Shown: positions 1 through 11,166, numbered from the stretch's first letter. The stretch: 48,503 nucleotides of DNA from Maribacter sp. (GCA_049668005.1 JBATIW010000066.1:1-48503), one strand, 5' to 3'. The notes: generated by a model from the letters alone, not told the origin. Numbers and translations are program-made.

Positions 1-40
1 ATCGTCCCATTATTTCTCCAAAGGTTACAATTTTTTTCAT
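1..40 (-). CDS. kdgK: 2-keto-3-deoxygluconate kinase (PfkB family), 5' end only; runs off the window
   Basis: Reverse strand reads ATG AAA AAA ATT GTA ACC TTT GGA GAA ATA ATG GGA CGA = MKKIVTFGEIMGR, the typical KdgK N-terminus. It lies directly downstream of eda. Only 13 codons are visible. Confidence 0.75.
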   Translation of the reverse strand, partial: MKKIVTFGEIMGR

Positions 41-87
41 CTTAGTATGGTATCATTATCCATGATAATATATTAGTATCTGGTTAT

Positions 88-774
88 TTAGTATTGCTGA
101 TTATTTTGTCGAATTTGAGTGATCAACGTTCTGATTTCTTTAGCATTATTCGTGATATCATCCCAATTTTCAGATTGAATCAAGGATCGTTTTGCAACCC
201 ATGTTCCACCTATGGCGGTAATCAAAGCTGATTGTAAATAAGAACCGGCATTTTCAATATTACACCCACCCAAAGGAATGAATTTTAATCCTAAAAACTG
301 ATATGGTGCTGCCATACTTATTAGATGTTTCATCCCGCCAGAAGTTTCAGCAGGAAAATATTTAAGAATTCGACAACCTTCCTCCAAAGCCATTTCAATA
401 TCAGTAGGTGTCATGATTCCAGGTGCAAATGAAAGTCCATGTTTCTGCGCTTCCCTGATTATTTTGGGATTACAACCAGGCGATACCGCAAAATCGGCGC
501 CAACATCAATAACGGCCTTTACCTGGTCTATTGTCAAAACAGTGCCAAATCCTAGCGATATTTCAGGAACTTCTTTTTTAATCGCTATGGCAGATTCCAT
601 TGCAGCGGGGGTACGTAGCGTTAATTCAATGGTATCGACACCACCAGCTAGAAGCGCCCTAGCCACGGGAACGGCATGTTTAACTTCATCAATGATCAAA
701 ACGGCAATAATACCTGCATCATCTATTTTTTTAATCAGGGCAGGCGACATGGCCTGCTGTGCAATGGGTTGCAT
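88..774 (-). CDS. eda: KDPG/KHG aldolase
   Basis: IELTLRT, GFGTVL, FAVSPG, PGIMTPTDI and LKYFPA motifs of the Eda family. Confidence 0.92.
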   Translation of the reverse strand: MQPIAQQAMSPALIKKIDDAGIIAVLIIDEVKHAVPVARALLAGGVDTIELTLRTPAAMESAIAIKKEVPEISLGFGTVLTIDQVKAVIDVGADFAVSPGCNPKIIREAQKHGLSFAPGIMTPTDIEMALEEGCRILKYFPAETSGGMKHLISMAAPYQFLGLKFIPLGGCNIENAGSYLQSALITAIGGTWVAKRSLIQSENWDDITNNAKEIRTLITQIRQNNQQY

Positions 775-823
775 ATATTAAATTTTGAATATTAATTATT
801 AACTGATCCAAAGATGGGCTTTA

Positions 824-1720
824 TTATACAATGAATGAATTTCTATCAAATAATAATGGGAAAAATTGGCCTTCCATTTTTTGTCCTTTTGGTATCGCTG
901 GCACACCGTTCAATAAAGGTTCGTTTGTATTGGAAACCGTACCATCTGCAAAAACGTTCAATACAACTGCCCTTCGCGAATACTCTGAGCTGTTGGCATA
1001 AGACCCATGAACCATTAAAGGATGATGGAATGTTCCATACCCTTTCTTCATCTCAATAGCTTTTGCGTTATTGAATTCCTCTTTTTGTACATCGCTTAAA
1101 TACGCTTTAAAACCATCCATTGGTCCAGTTAGAACTGGTTTGTCCAATAATCCCCATTTGTGACTTTTCGGAATATAATGTAAACAACCATTTGCTTTTG
1201 TAGCATCATCCAACCCAGTCCAGCAGGTTAAATGTTGCATTTTAATGGTTCTGGTCCAATAGGAATAATCTTGATGCCAAGCAACCATTCCACCATGCTT
1301 TGCAGGTTTACAAAATAATTGATCGTGCCAAAATCGCACTGACTTATCACCCAACAACTGACTTGCAGCCATTAAAAAAGCGGGGTTCCAATTTATATCG
1401 TGTAAACCCGGGCAAATGCGCCAATGGCCTAAGGAATGAAATAAGACCTTATTAGGGTCTTCCGATTCATTGGAATGGAATTCGTAAAAAAAATCATGTC
1501 CTGGGTGTTTGGGGTCTTGAATTTCAGCAAGCTCGGCCTTTAATTGATCTATTTGCCATTCTTCCAGTAGTTTTATATTGGATACATAGCCATTCTCATG
1601 AAAAAAGGAAATCTGTTCGTCACTTAATTTATAGCGTTCCCATTCTTTAGGTGACCCAGGCCATTTAAAAAAATCGGAGACCAATCCGTGAACATTCGAT
1701 AAATCTCTCACTGTAGCTAT
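824..1720 (-). CDS. Phytanoyl-CoA dioxygenase (PhyH) family Fe(II)/2-oxoglutarate oxygenase; start uncertain
   Basis: FFHENGY, WHQDYSYW (HxD), WTGLDDATKANGCL and FHHPLMVHGS..N.S...RRA motifs. No in-frame ATG near the 5' end; candidates are ATA 1720, GTG 1711 or GTG 1762. Confidence 0.85.
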   Translation of the reverse strand: MATVRDLSNVHGLVSDFFKWPGSPKEWERYKLSDEQISFFHENGYVSNIKLLEEWQIDQLKAELAEIQDPKHPGHDFFYEFHSNESEDPNKVLFHSLGHWRICPGLHDINWNPAFLMAASQLLGDKSVRFWHDQLFCKPAKHGGMVAWHQDYSYWTRTIKMQHLTCWTGLDDATKANGCLHYIPKSHKWGLLDKPVLTGPMDGFKAYLSDVQKEEFNNAKAIEMKKGYGTFHHPLMVHGSYANSSEYSRRAVVLNVFADGTVSNTNEPLLNGVPAIPKGQKMEGQFFPLLFDRNSFIV

Positions 1721-1871
1721 TTTTTCTCTATTTAAATATAAGTCATATTGAATTAAAAGCACGAATTAAAATTTAATTACACTCTCAAAAATGGAAACAT
1801 TGCCCATGCATTGGATATAACTTATACGTATATAAAATAGTTATTTGAATTAGTTTTTTTTAGCTTAGGAG

Positions 1872-1888
1872 TACATCTTGAGGATGTA
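1872..1888. promoter_or_regulatory. Candidate operator palindrome TACATC-N5-GATGTA
   Basis: Perfect 6-bp inverted arms in the divergent intergenic region, about 30 bp before the dehydrogenase ATG. Confidence 0.35.
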
Positions 1889-1919
1889 TTATTTTCGATT
1901 TCAAATTTTTAATTTCAAA

Positions 1920-2933
1920 ATGAAATACATTGTTTGTGAAAAACCAGGGGAATTGATTCTTAAAGAAAAAGATGAACCGATAAAAGTAAAAGGGGAGGCC
2001 ATTTTGCGAATCAAAAAAGTAGGAATTTGTGGCACCGATTTGCATGCCTATTCCGGTAATCAGGCCTTTTTTAAGTATCCAAGGATATTGGGACATGAAC
2101 TTGCTTCCGAAGTTGTTGAAATCGAAGAAAATGCAAAGGGCATCAAGTCTGGTGATAAGGTCGTTATTATGCCCTATATAAGCTGTAATGAATGTATAGC
2201 CTGTACCAACGGAAAAACCAATTGTTGTGTGAAGATGCAAGTATTAGGAGTACACAAAGATGGTGGAATGCAAGAAAGAATATCCGTCCCCATAGACTTG
2301 TTGATCCACACACCGAGCCTGGACAATGATGCAATGGCCATTGTTGAACCTTTGGCTATTGGAGCACACGCTTTAAGAAGAGCACAAATAAAACCGAATG
2401 AAACCATAGTCGTTGTCGGTTGTGGTCCTATTGGCATCGGAATCATGAAATTGGCCCAAATTGCCGGGGCAAAGGTCATTGCAATTGATGTAAACCAAAA
2501 TCGATTGAACTATGCCCAAGAAAAAATGGGCATTGACTACGTGGTTTTGGCTGGCAATGGGGCTGTTGATAAAGTCATGCAGATAACCAATGATGATCTC
2601 GCTACTGCTGTTTTTGATGCTTCTGGACATCAAGGCGCATTGGAGTATGGTCCCAACTTCATGTCCCATGGTGGCAGATATATTCTAGTGGGTTTGTCCA
2701 ATGGTGGGATTGTTTTTGAACACCCAGCGATCCATGCCAAAGAAACTACTTTGATGTGCAGTAGAAATGCTACTTTAGAGGATTTTGAACATGTAATCAC
2801 CGTTTTGGAAAAAGGTGAATTCCCGATTGATTCTTATATCACCCATGATGTAGCTCTTGTTGATATGATAGCTGATTTTGATAGTTGGCTTGATCCAAAA
2901 AGTGGCGTACTAAAGGCGACTGTTAGTTTTTAG
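1920..2933 (+). CDS. Zn-dependent MDR dehydrogenase, L-galactonate 5-dehydrogenase (LgoD/YjjN)-like
   Basis: GICGTDLH, GHE, CxxCxxC-x7-C structural Zn site, GCGPIG and HAKETTLMCSRNAT. Adjacent to uxaA/uxaB. ATG 1920 is preferred over TTG 1878. Confidence 0.8.
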   Translation: MKYIVCEKPGELILKEKDEPIKVKGEAILRIKKVGICGTDLHAYSGNQAFFKYPRILGHELASEVVEIEENAKGIKSGDKVVIMPYISCNECIACTNGKTNCCVKMQVLGVHKDGGMQERISVPIDLLIHTPSLDNDAMAIVEPLAIGAHALRRAQIKPNETIVVVGCGPIGIGIMKLAQIAGAKVIAIDVNQNRLNYAQEKMGIDYVVLAGNGAVDKVMQITNDDLATAVFDASGHQGALEYGPNFMSHGGRYILVGLSNGGIVFEHPAIHAKETTLMCSRNATLEDFEHVITVLEKGEFPIDSYITHDVALVDMIADFDSWLDPKSGVLKATVSF

Positions 2934-2986
2934 CTTGATATTATAAATGAAAAGTAAATAAACAGTAATTAAGAAAAGAACTGAAT

Positions 2987-4639
2987 ATGCCAAATAATTA
3001 CCTCCAAATAGACCCGAGCGACAACATCGTCGTCGCATTAACCGATTTAAAGGAAGGGACTACAGCAATTATCAATGGCGAGCAAGTTGTTCTTCAAGAA
3101 GATGTTAAAGGCAAACATAAATTCGCTTTAATCGATCTCGTTGTTGGGGATGAAATTTATATGTATGGCGCTTTAATCGGTAAAGTAACAAGGCCCATAA
3201 GAAAAGGGGAATCCATTACTATCGAAAATATTGTTCATAGCTCCGCCAATTACCAAGTAGGAAAGGAAAAGCCATCATGGAGTCCTCCAGATATAACTAC
3301 ATGGAAATCAAAAACCTTTAATGGGTATCATAGAAAAAATGGCGAAGTAGGTACTGCAAATTATTGGTTGGTCATCCCTATGGTTTTTTGTGAAAATCGA
3401 AATGTAGAAGTAATAAAATCAGCTCTTTTAGAATCCTTGGGTTACCAAACTGTTACTTATTTCGTGGTGGATACCGGTACTTTGGTGCGAGAATATGAAA
3501 ATGGCGCTTCCATGGAAGTTCTGTTACAGTCCCAAATTATTAAAACACCTACTGACGTAAAACAAAATAGGATTTTCCCCAATGTGGATGGCATTAAATT
3601 TTTAACCCATGAAGGGGGTTGTGGAGGTTTTAGGCTTGATTCGGAAGCATTATGCAACCTATTGGCAGGATATATTACGAATCCGAATGTAGCAGGGGCA
3701 ACGGTTTTGAGTTTGGGATGCCAAAATGCAGAAGTCAGTTTAATGGAAGAAGCTATTAATAAGATGGATTCTAAATTTGCAAAACCCTTGTATATCCTTG
3801 AACAGCAAAAAAGTGAAAGTGAACGACATTTTATTGAAGATGCTGTAAAAAAGACATTTTTAGGCTTGATTGAAGCCAATAAGATCAAACGGGAACCAGC
3901 ACCATTGTCTAAATTGGTTTTAGGACTGGAATGCGGTGGATCGGACGGTTTTTCTGGAATTTCGGCGAACCCCACATTAGGCCATACATCAGATTTGCTC
4001 GTAGCTCTTGGCGGAACTACCATCTTATCGGAATTCCCAGAACTCAATGGTGTAGAACAAGAATTGATCAATCGTTGTCTTAGCCGGAAAGAGGCGGAAA
4101 AATTTACCCATTTAATGGATACCTATTCCGCTAGGACGGTAGCACTTGGCTCGGCCTTTGCCAATAATCCATCTCCAGGAAATATAAAAGATGGACTCAT
4201 AACCGATGCAATGAAATCTGCCGGAGCGGCTAAAAAAGGAGGTACTTCACCCGTAACCGATGTTCTTGACTATACAGAAAAAACAAAGATAAAAGGTCTT
4301 AACCTACTATGTACGCCTGGAAATGACGTCGAAAGCACTACCGGATTGGCAGGATCAGGTTGCAATATCATTGCTTTTACAACTGGTCTAGGTACACCAA
4401 CGGGCAATCCCATAGCCCCTGTCGTAAAAATATCAAGCAACAACGCACTAAGTGAACGAATGAAAGACATAATCGACTTCAATACCGGGAGCATTATAAC
4501 AGGGGAAGATACAATAGAAGCAAAGGGAGAAGAACTTTTGGAATATATTATCAAAGTGGCAAGTGGTGAAGTATTGACAGCAGCCGTTCGCTTAGGGCAA
4601 GACGATTTTATACCATGGAAACGGGGGATTTCATTATAG
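2987..4639 (+). CDS. uxaA: Altronate dehydratase (UxaA family)
   Basis: N-terminal SAF domain (HKFAL), HEGGCG, LECGGSDGFSGISANP, NPSPGNIKDGL and FTTGLGTPTG. Confidence 0.92.
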   Translation: MPNNYLQIDPSDNIVVALTDLKEGTTAIINGEQVVLQEDVKGKHKFALIDLVVGDEIYMYGALIGKVTRPIRKGESITIENIVHSSANYQVGKEKPSWSPPDITTWKSKTFNGYHRKNGEVGTANYWLVIPMVFCENRNVEVIKSALLESLGYQTVTYFVVDTGTLVREYENGASMEVLLQSQIIKTPTDVKQNRIFPNVDGIKFLTHEGGCGGFRLDSEALCNLLAGYITNPNVAGATVLSLGCQNAEVSLMEEAINKMDSKFAKPLYILEQQKSESERHFIEDAVKKTFLGLIEANKIKREPAPLSKLVLGLECGGSDGFSGISANPTLGHTSDLLVALGGTTILSEFPELNGVEQELINRCLSRKEAEKFTHLMDTYSARTVALGSAFANNPSPGNIKDGLITDAMKSAGAAKKGGTSPVTDVLDYTEKTKIKGLNLLCTPGNDVESTTGLAGSGCNIIAFTTGLGTPTGNPIAPVVKISSNNALSERMKDIIDFNTGSIITGEDTIEAKGEELLEYIIKVASGEVLTAAVRLGQDDFIPWKRGISL

Positions 4640-4648
4640 CATATTGAA

Positions 4649-6085
4649 ATGATCGCATTAAATAGAAAAACAAAAGAGGCTAAATCATATACTGAAAGAA
4701 TCTTGCAGTTTGGCGAAGGTAATTTTCTAAGAGCTTTTGCCGATTGGATGTTTCAAGAAATGAACGAAAAGGCCAACTTTGATGCAGGTGTTGTTGTGGT
4801 ACAACCCATAGATCGCGGTATGGTCAATGTATTGAATGACCAGAATGGATTATATACGGTATACCTTAACGGAATAAAAAATGGTAAAGCCATCAGTGAG
4901 CATCAAATTATTGATTGTATTCAAAGAGGCATAAACCCATATACGAATTGTGATGCTTATTTGGCCAACGCCGAGAATCCAGATTTAAGATTTGTTGTTT
5001 CTAATACAACTGAAGCGGGTATCGTATATAGTCCAACTGATAAACTTGCGGATACTCCCCAAAATAGTTTTCCAGGCAAATTGACCGCCCTCCTATACAA
5101 AAGGTTCAAGCACTTTGAAGGCGCTTATGACAAAGGTCTTATTGTGATGCCTTGTGAATTGATAGAAAGAAATGGGGATAATCTAAAAAAAATAATACTA
5201 CAATTTGCCGAAGATTGGGATTTGGGGGAAGCCTTTGTTCAGTGGGTCACTGAGGATAACATTTTTTGCAATACGCTTGTAGATAGAATTGTACCTGGAT
5301 ACCCCAAAGATAAGATGGATAGCATAACCAAGGAATTGGGATACAAGGACAATTTGGTGGTTGAAGGCGAACAATTTCATTTATGGGTTATAGAAGGTCC
5401 GAAATCATTAAAAGAAGAATTTCCTGCTAGGGAATGTGGGTTGAATGTGGTTTTTACCGATAATATGGAACCTTATCGTACGAGAAAGGTCCGTATTTTA
5501 AATGGGGCCCATACAACACTGGTTCCTGTTGGTTACTTATATGGTATAGATAAAGTTCGCGAATCTTTGGAAGACCCTGTTGTTGGTTCGTTTTTAAAAG
5601 ATGCCATCTTCGAAGAGATTTGTCCAACATTAGACCTGTCGGATGAAGAATTAAAGCAATTCTCCAGCGATGTTTTAGATAGGTTTGGAAATCCGTATTT
5701 AGAACACACATTAATGAGCATTTCATTAAATTCAATATCAAAATATAAGACAAGGGTTTTACCCTCCGTCCTCGAATTTATTAATAGGAAGAATTCACTT
5801 CCAAAACGATTAATGTTCGCGTTGGCTGCTCTTATTGCTTTTTATAAAGGGGATAGAAATGGAACGCACATTGCATTAAAAGACGATCAAAAAGTTTTGG
5901 ACTTTTTCGCTGGACAGTGGGCTTCGAACGATAGCTGCATAGTTGTGAAAAATGTATTGTCCAATACTGATTTTTGGGGTTGTGACCTTATGGAAATCAA
6001 AGGAATGCAAGAGTTGGTAGCCATCAATTTAGAGAACATTTTAAATAAAGGAATGAACGAGGCCTTAATATCATTGGCCCAATAA
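4649..6085 (+). CDS. uxaB: Tagaturonate reductase (altronate oxidoreductase)
   Basis: LQFGEGNFLRAF, SNTTEAGI, PCELI, NTLVDRIVPG and RKVRILNGAHT. Confidence 0.95.
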   Translation: MIALNRKTKEAKSYTERILQFGEGNFLRAFADWMFQEMNEKANFDAGVVVVQPIDRGMVNVLNDQNGLYTVYLNGIKNGKAISEHQIIDCIQRGINPYTNCDAYLANAENPDLRFVVSNTTEAGIVYSPTDKLADTPQNSFPGKLTALLYKRFKHFEGAYDKGLIVMPCELIERNGDNLKKIILQFAEDWDLGEAFVQWVTEDNIFCNTLVDRIVPGYPKDKMDSITKELGYKDNLVVEGEQFHLWVIEGPKSLKEEFPARECGLNVVFTDNMEPYRTRKVRILNGAHTTLVPVGYLYGIDKVRESLEDPVVGSFLKDAIFEEICPTLDLSDEELKQFSSDVLDRFGNPYLEHTLMSISLNSISKYKTRVLPSVLEFINRKNSLPKRLMFALAALIAFYKGDRNGTHIALKDDQKVLDFFAGQWASNDSCIVVKNVLSNTDFWGCDLMEIKGMQELVAINLENILNKGMNEALISLAQ

Positions 6086-6111
6086 TGTATATTAACCACA
6101 ATTATGATACC

Positions 6112-6264
6112 ATGAGGATTTCAGTATTAAAACTGTTAAGCTTTTTAGGGAGTAATGAAAAAATAGAATGGTCTTACAGTGAAGAAAAAGGGCTGTCTGT
6201 AAAGGCTCCTTCCCCTATTATTGATACTATGGCAACGGTTATAAAAGTAGAAATATCGCAATAA
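6112..6264 (+). pseudogene. Gene remnant resembling the C-terminal beta domain of a GH29 alpha-L-fucosidase
   Basis: Removing one T from the T5 run near 6142-6146 gives EDFSIKTVKLLGSNEKIEWSYSEEKGLSVKAPSPIIDTMATVIKVEISQ*. The stop sits 2 nt before the lactonase ATG. No catalytic domain is present upstream. Confidence 0.55.
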
Positions 6265-6266
6265 AA

Positions 6267-7097
6267 ATGACCATAGACGCCCATCAGCATTTTTGGAAAT
6301 ATGAGCCCGTCAAACACGCATGGATTGACAATTCCATGTCAATGATTCGTCAGGATTTCATGCCAGTTGATTTAAAGAAAGTGTATGATGAACATGGCAT
6401 TGATGGCTGTGTGGCCGTTCAAGCGGACCAATCTTTGGAGGAGACAGATTTTCTTTTAGGGTTATCAGGGAAATACGAATTTATCAAAGGCGTAGTTGGT
6501 TGGGTTGATTTAAGGGATATTAAAATAGATAAAGTCCTTGAAGCATACAGTAAATATGAAAAAGTTAAAGGATTCAGGCATATTGTCCAAGGGGAAACTG
6601 ATCCTGATTTCTTGTTGCGATCAGATTTTCTGAGAGGCATCTCTTATTTAGAGCAATATAATTTTGTTTACGATATCCTTATATTTCCGCATCAATTAGG
6701 TACAACCTTGGAGTTTGTGAAAAGGTTTCCACATCAGAAATTCGTCATCGACCATATCGCCAAACCCTATATCAAAGCTGGGTATTTTGAAAAGTGGGCC
6801 TCACTTATGAAAGAAATTGCCAAAGAAGAAAACGTTTACTGTAAACTATCTGGAATGATTACCGAGGCCGATTATAATTCATGGACACCAGAGCAAATTA
6901 CACCATATATGGACTTGGTATTGTCTGCCTATGGCACAGACAGGATAATGTTTGGCTCCGATTGGCCGGTTTGCCTCGTTGCAGGTGGATATGCTGAAGT
7001 GAAACTATTGGTGACTGATTTTATATCAAAACTCAGCCGTATGGAACAAGCTCAAATAATGGGAAATAATGCAATTCAATTTTATGATCTAAAATAA
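6267..7097 (+). CDS. Amidohydrolase-2 family sugar lactonase (L-fucono-/L-galactono-lactonase-like)
   Basis: IDAHQHFW, VKGFRH, IDHIAKP, CKLSG and MFGSDWPV, plus sugar-pathway context. Confidence 0.88.
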   Translation: MTIDAHQHFWKYEPVKHAWIDNSMSMIRQDFMPVDLKKVYDEHGIDGCVAVQADQSLEETDFLLGLSGKYEFIKGVVGWVDLRDIKIDKVLEAYSKYEKVKGFRHIVQGETDPDFLLRSDFLRGISYLEQYNFVYDILIFPHQLGTTLEFVKRFPHQKFVIDHIAKPYIKAGYFEKWASLMKEIAKEENVYCKLSGMITEADYNSWTPEQITPYMDLVLSAYGTDRIMFGSDWPVCLVAGGYAEVKLLVTDFISKLSRMEQAQIMGNNAIQFYDLK

Positions 7098-7103
7098 AAA
7101 TTT

Positions 7104-7895
7104 ATGGATTTAGGTTTAAAAGACAAGGTCGTGGTGATTTCAGGTGCCGCAGGTAAGCAGGGGAGTATTGGCGAGACTATACTCCAAAATTTGGTCAACG
7201 AAGGAGCCATACCTGCTGTTATTGACAGAAATGATAGGGGTTTTGACTATATAGAACAAATCAAGAAAAAGGGAATTGATGCTATTTTTTGCAAGACGGA
7301 TGTCACCAATCCCGAACAAATTAAAAAAGCCATAGACACGATTACAGAAAAATACGGAAGAATAGATGTTGTGATAAATAATGTGGGCGTAAATGATGGG
7401 ATTGGACTGGATGCAACCTATGAAGAATTCATGAACTCCTTGAAATTGAACATGGTGAGTTATTTTCTAGTGGTTAAACATGCCCTTCCATATTTAAAAA
7501 AATCAAAAGGAAATATTCTGAATATTGGTTCCAAAGTGGCATTGACCGGCCAAGGTAATACCTCTGGTTATGCAGCTTCAAAAGGTGCCGTCCTGGGTCT
7601 GACCAGGGAATGGGCGGTAGACCTCATAAAGTTTGGTATTCGTTCCAACGCCATTATCATCGCAGAAAGTTGGACTCCTGCCTATGATGCATGGATCAAA
7701 ACACTGGAAGATGGGGCAGGGAAATTAAAATCCATCGTCAAGAGAATACCCCTTGGCAACCGTATGACCACACCTCAAGAAATAGCCGACGTTTGCCTAT
7801 TCACTATTTCCGAAAGATCGTCGCATACTACAGGGCAATTTATCACTGTAGACGGTGGATATGTGCACCTTGATCGTTCATTATTGACCGAATAA
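7104..7895 (+). CDS. SDR oxidoreductase, L-fucose dehydrogenase-like
   Basis: NNVGVNDG, YAASKG catalytic YxxxK and GLTREWA. Lies between the lactonase and fucP. Confidence 0.82.
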   Translation: MDLGLKDKVVVISGAAGKQGSIGETILQNLVNEGAIPAVIDRNDRGFDYIEQIKKKGIDAIFCKTDVTNPEQIKKAIDTITEKYGRIDVVINNVGVNDGIGLDATYEEFMNSLKLNMVSYFLVVKHALPYLKKSKGNILNIGSKVALTGQGNTSGYAASKGAVLGLTREWAVDLIKFGIRSNAIIIAESWTPAYDAWIKTLEDGAGKLKSIVKRIPLGNRMTTPQEIADVCLFTISERSSHTTGQFITVDGGYVHLDRSLLTE

Positions 7896-7919
7896 AAACC
7901 GAACAACCAAAAACCAAAT

Positions 7920-9236
<1,317 letters not shown>

Positions 9237-9248
9237 AGTGGCAGTATC

Positions 9249-9590
9249 ATGAAAAAGAAAAGATTATGCTTTTCGTGCGATTTAAAAGAGGACCCAGCCT
9301 TAATTGCGTAATACAAAGCGTATCATGCATCAGGGAAAACTTGGCCGGCGATTACCAAAAGCATTAGAGATGCAGGAATATTGGATATGCAGATTTACTT
9401 GACTGGAAACCGTATGTTCATGATCATGGAAGTTGATGAGACCTTTGACCAGGCCAAAAAGGCCGAAATGGATGCTAACAATCCCAAAGTACAGGAGTGG
9501 GAACAATTGATGTGGAAATACCAACAAAGTTTACCTTGGGCCAAAGAAGGTGAAAAGTGGCTGCTAATGGAAAGGATTTTTCAATTGTAA
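9249..9590 (+). pseudogene. L-rhamnose/L-fucose mutarotase (RhaM family) interrupted by in-frame TAA at 9309-9311
   Basis: ATG 9249 reads MKKKRLCFSCDLKEDPALIA*YKAYHASGKTWPAITKSIRDAGILDMQIYL...WEQLMWKYQ in one frame. Confidence 0.85.
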
Positions 9591-9660
9591 GTAGTCGCGA
9601 AGGTTTGAAAAAAATAGATACCCATTAGCACTAATGGTAACTGTTATGTCAATTTATTCT

Positions 9661-11166
9661 TCAAAAATCTCCATATATATCCCTTAAATCCAAGGAATCA
9701 TTCATCTTCTTTTGCAATTGAATTAAATCATGGAACATTTCCTTTGCTTTTTCATGAAATTCATCATCAGAGGCCAAATCATTCATTTCCTGGGGATCAT
9801 TAACCATATCAAATAATAATACTTTTTTCAACTTTGGATAAACCATGAGTTTATAACCATCTTTGCGGATCATTCTCTGGGTTTTGACATACCCTCCGTA
9901 GACAGCTTCATAATGACTTTTTTTCCTTTGACCATTTATCAAATCCATGACACTGTTAAAATATACATATTCAGGCTTCGCTACCCCTGCTAATTCCAAA
10001 CTGGTGGCCATGGCATCCTGTAGATAAATATCGGAATCGATCTTTTCACCTTTTGGTACATTTGGTCCTACAATCATAAAAGGTGCCCGTATACTATGAT
10101 CAAACAGGGATTGTTTACCCAAAAGCCCATGTCTCCCCATGGCCAAGCCATGATCCGCAGTAAAGATTATATAAGTGTTTTTTGCCTTTCCACTAGCTTC
10201 CAAAGCATTCAAAATTGACCCGATCTGTTCATCCAAATGACTTATCAATGCATAGTACTCTTGAATATGTTTCTTGGTGGCATATTCGGTGCGTGGAAAA
10301 GGAGCCAAGGCCTCATCCCTCAATCCGGGACCATTGCCTATGCTATCCTTATAAGGATACATAGGAAGCCAACTCTTCGGCAAACTTAACTTCTCCAACG
10401 GATACATGTCCAAATATTCCTGTGGGGCTTGTCTTGGATCGTGTGGTGCATTGAATGCCAAATACATAAAGAAAGGATCATTTTTGACTTTTGCCTGTTC
10501 AATAAACCCTATAGCATCATCTTTTAAAACCTCACTCCAGTGTTTGCCCCCTACCCAAAAGCCCCCAAATTTTTTATCGGTTGGCGACCACGTAGTATCA
10601 TTCTCGCTTAAGGGGCGATTATATCCTATGGCCCTGATTTCTTCATTGGATTTTCCATTTTTTATCATTTCATTGATGGCAGGAATTTTGCCTCCATGAC
10701 CCCATGAATCCCATGGCATTCCACGACGTACATTGGTCACGTTCTGAAAAACCGAGATTGCAGGGGCATCTACATGCCATTTACCGGTCATGTAAGTTTC
10801 ATAACCCGCTGACTCCATTAATTTTCCCCATGTCTTATCCATTTCATTGCCATCAATCCAATGCGCTCTAAACTGGTTTGCATTCCAGACGCTTCGTCCA
10901 GATATTATCATAGCCCTCGATGCTACGCAAACAGCACCATTCCAAGCGCCCATATTGTAGGCATTTGTAAAAGTCGTGCCATTATTGACCAATCTATTTA
11001 AATTAGGAGTCTGTATTTCATTATTGCCTAGTGCATTGATAGCCGAATAAGTCATGTCATCAGCAAAAATAAAAACGATGTTGGGTTTTGCATTCTCCGA
11101 TGGAGCATCCTGTTTGCAACCTACAATTACAAACATTGCAAAAATTAAAAAGTATAGGGTTTTCAT
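9661..11166 (-). CDS. S1 (formylglycine) sulfatase, lipoprotein
   Basis: Lipobox-like IVGC, PNIVFIFADD, CVASRAMIISG (CxxxR), GKWH, APHDP and ADHG. Confidence 0.92.
   Translation of the reverse strand: MKTLYFLIFAMFVIVGCKQDAPSENAKPNIVFIFADDMTYSAINALGNNEIQTPNLNRLVNNGTTFTNAYNMGAWNGAVCVASRAMIISGRSVWNANQFRAHWIDGNEMDKTWGKLMESAGYETYMTGKWHVDAPAISVFQNVTNVRRGMPWDSWGHGGKIPAINEMIKNGKSNEEIRAIGYNRPLSENDTTWSPTDKKFGGFWVGGKHWSEVLKDDAIGFIEQAKVKNDPFFMYLAFNAPHDPRQAPQEYLDMYPLEKLSLPKSWLPMYPYKDSIGNGPGLRDEALAPFPRTEYATKKHIQEYYALISHLDEQIGSILNALEASGKAKNTYIIFTADHGLAMGRHGLLGKQSLFDHSIRAPFMIVGPNVPKGEKIDSDIYLQDAMATSLELAGVAKPEYVYFNSVMDLINGQRKKSHYEAVYGGYVKTQRMIRKDGYKLMVYPKLKKVLLFDMVNDPQEMNDLASDDEFHEKAKEMFHDLIQLQKKMNDSLDLRDIYGDF

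Noticed and set aside
9622..9637. CCATTAG-CA-CTAATGG hairpin between the mutarotase and sulfatase genes
   Set aside because: The stem is short and AT-rich with no adjacent U-tract; a terminator is possible but not supportable
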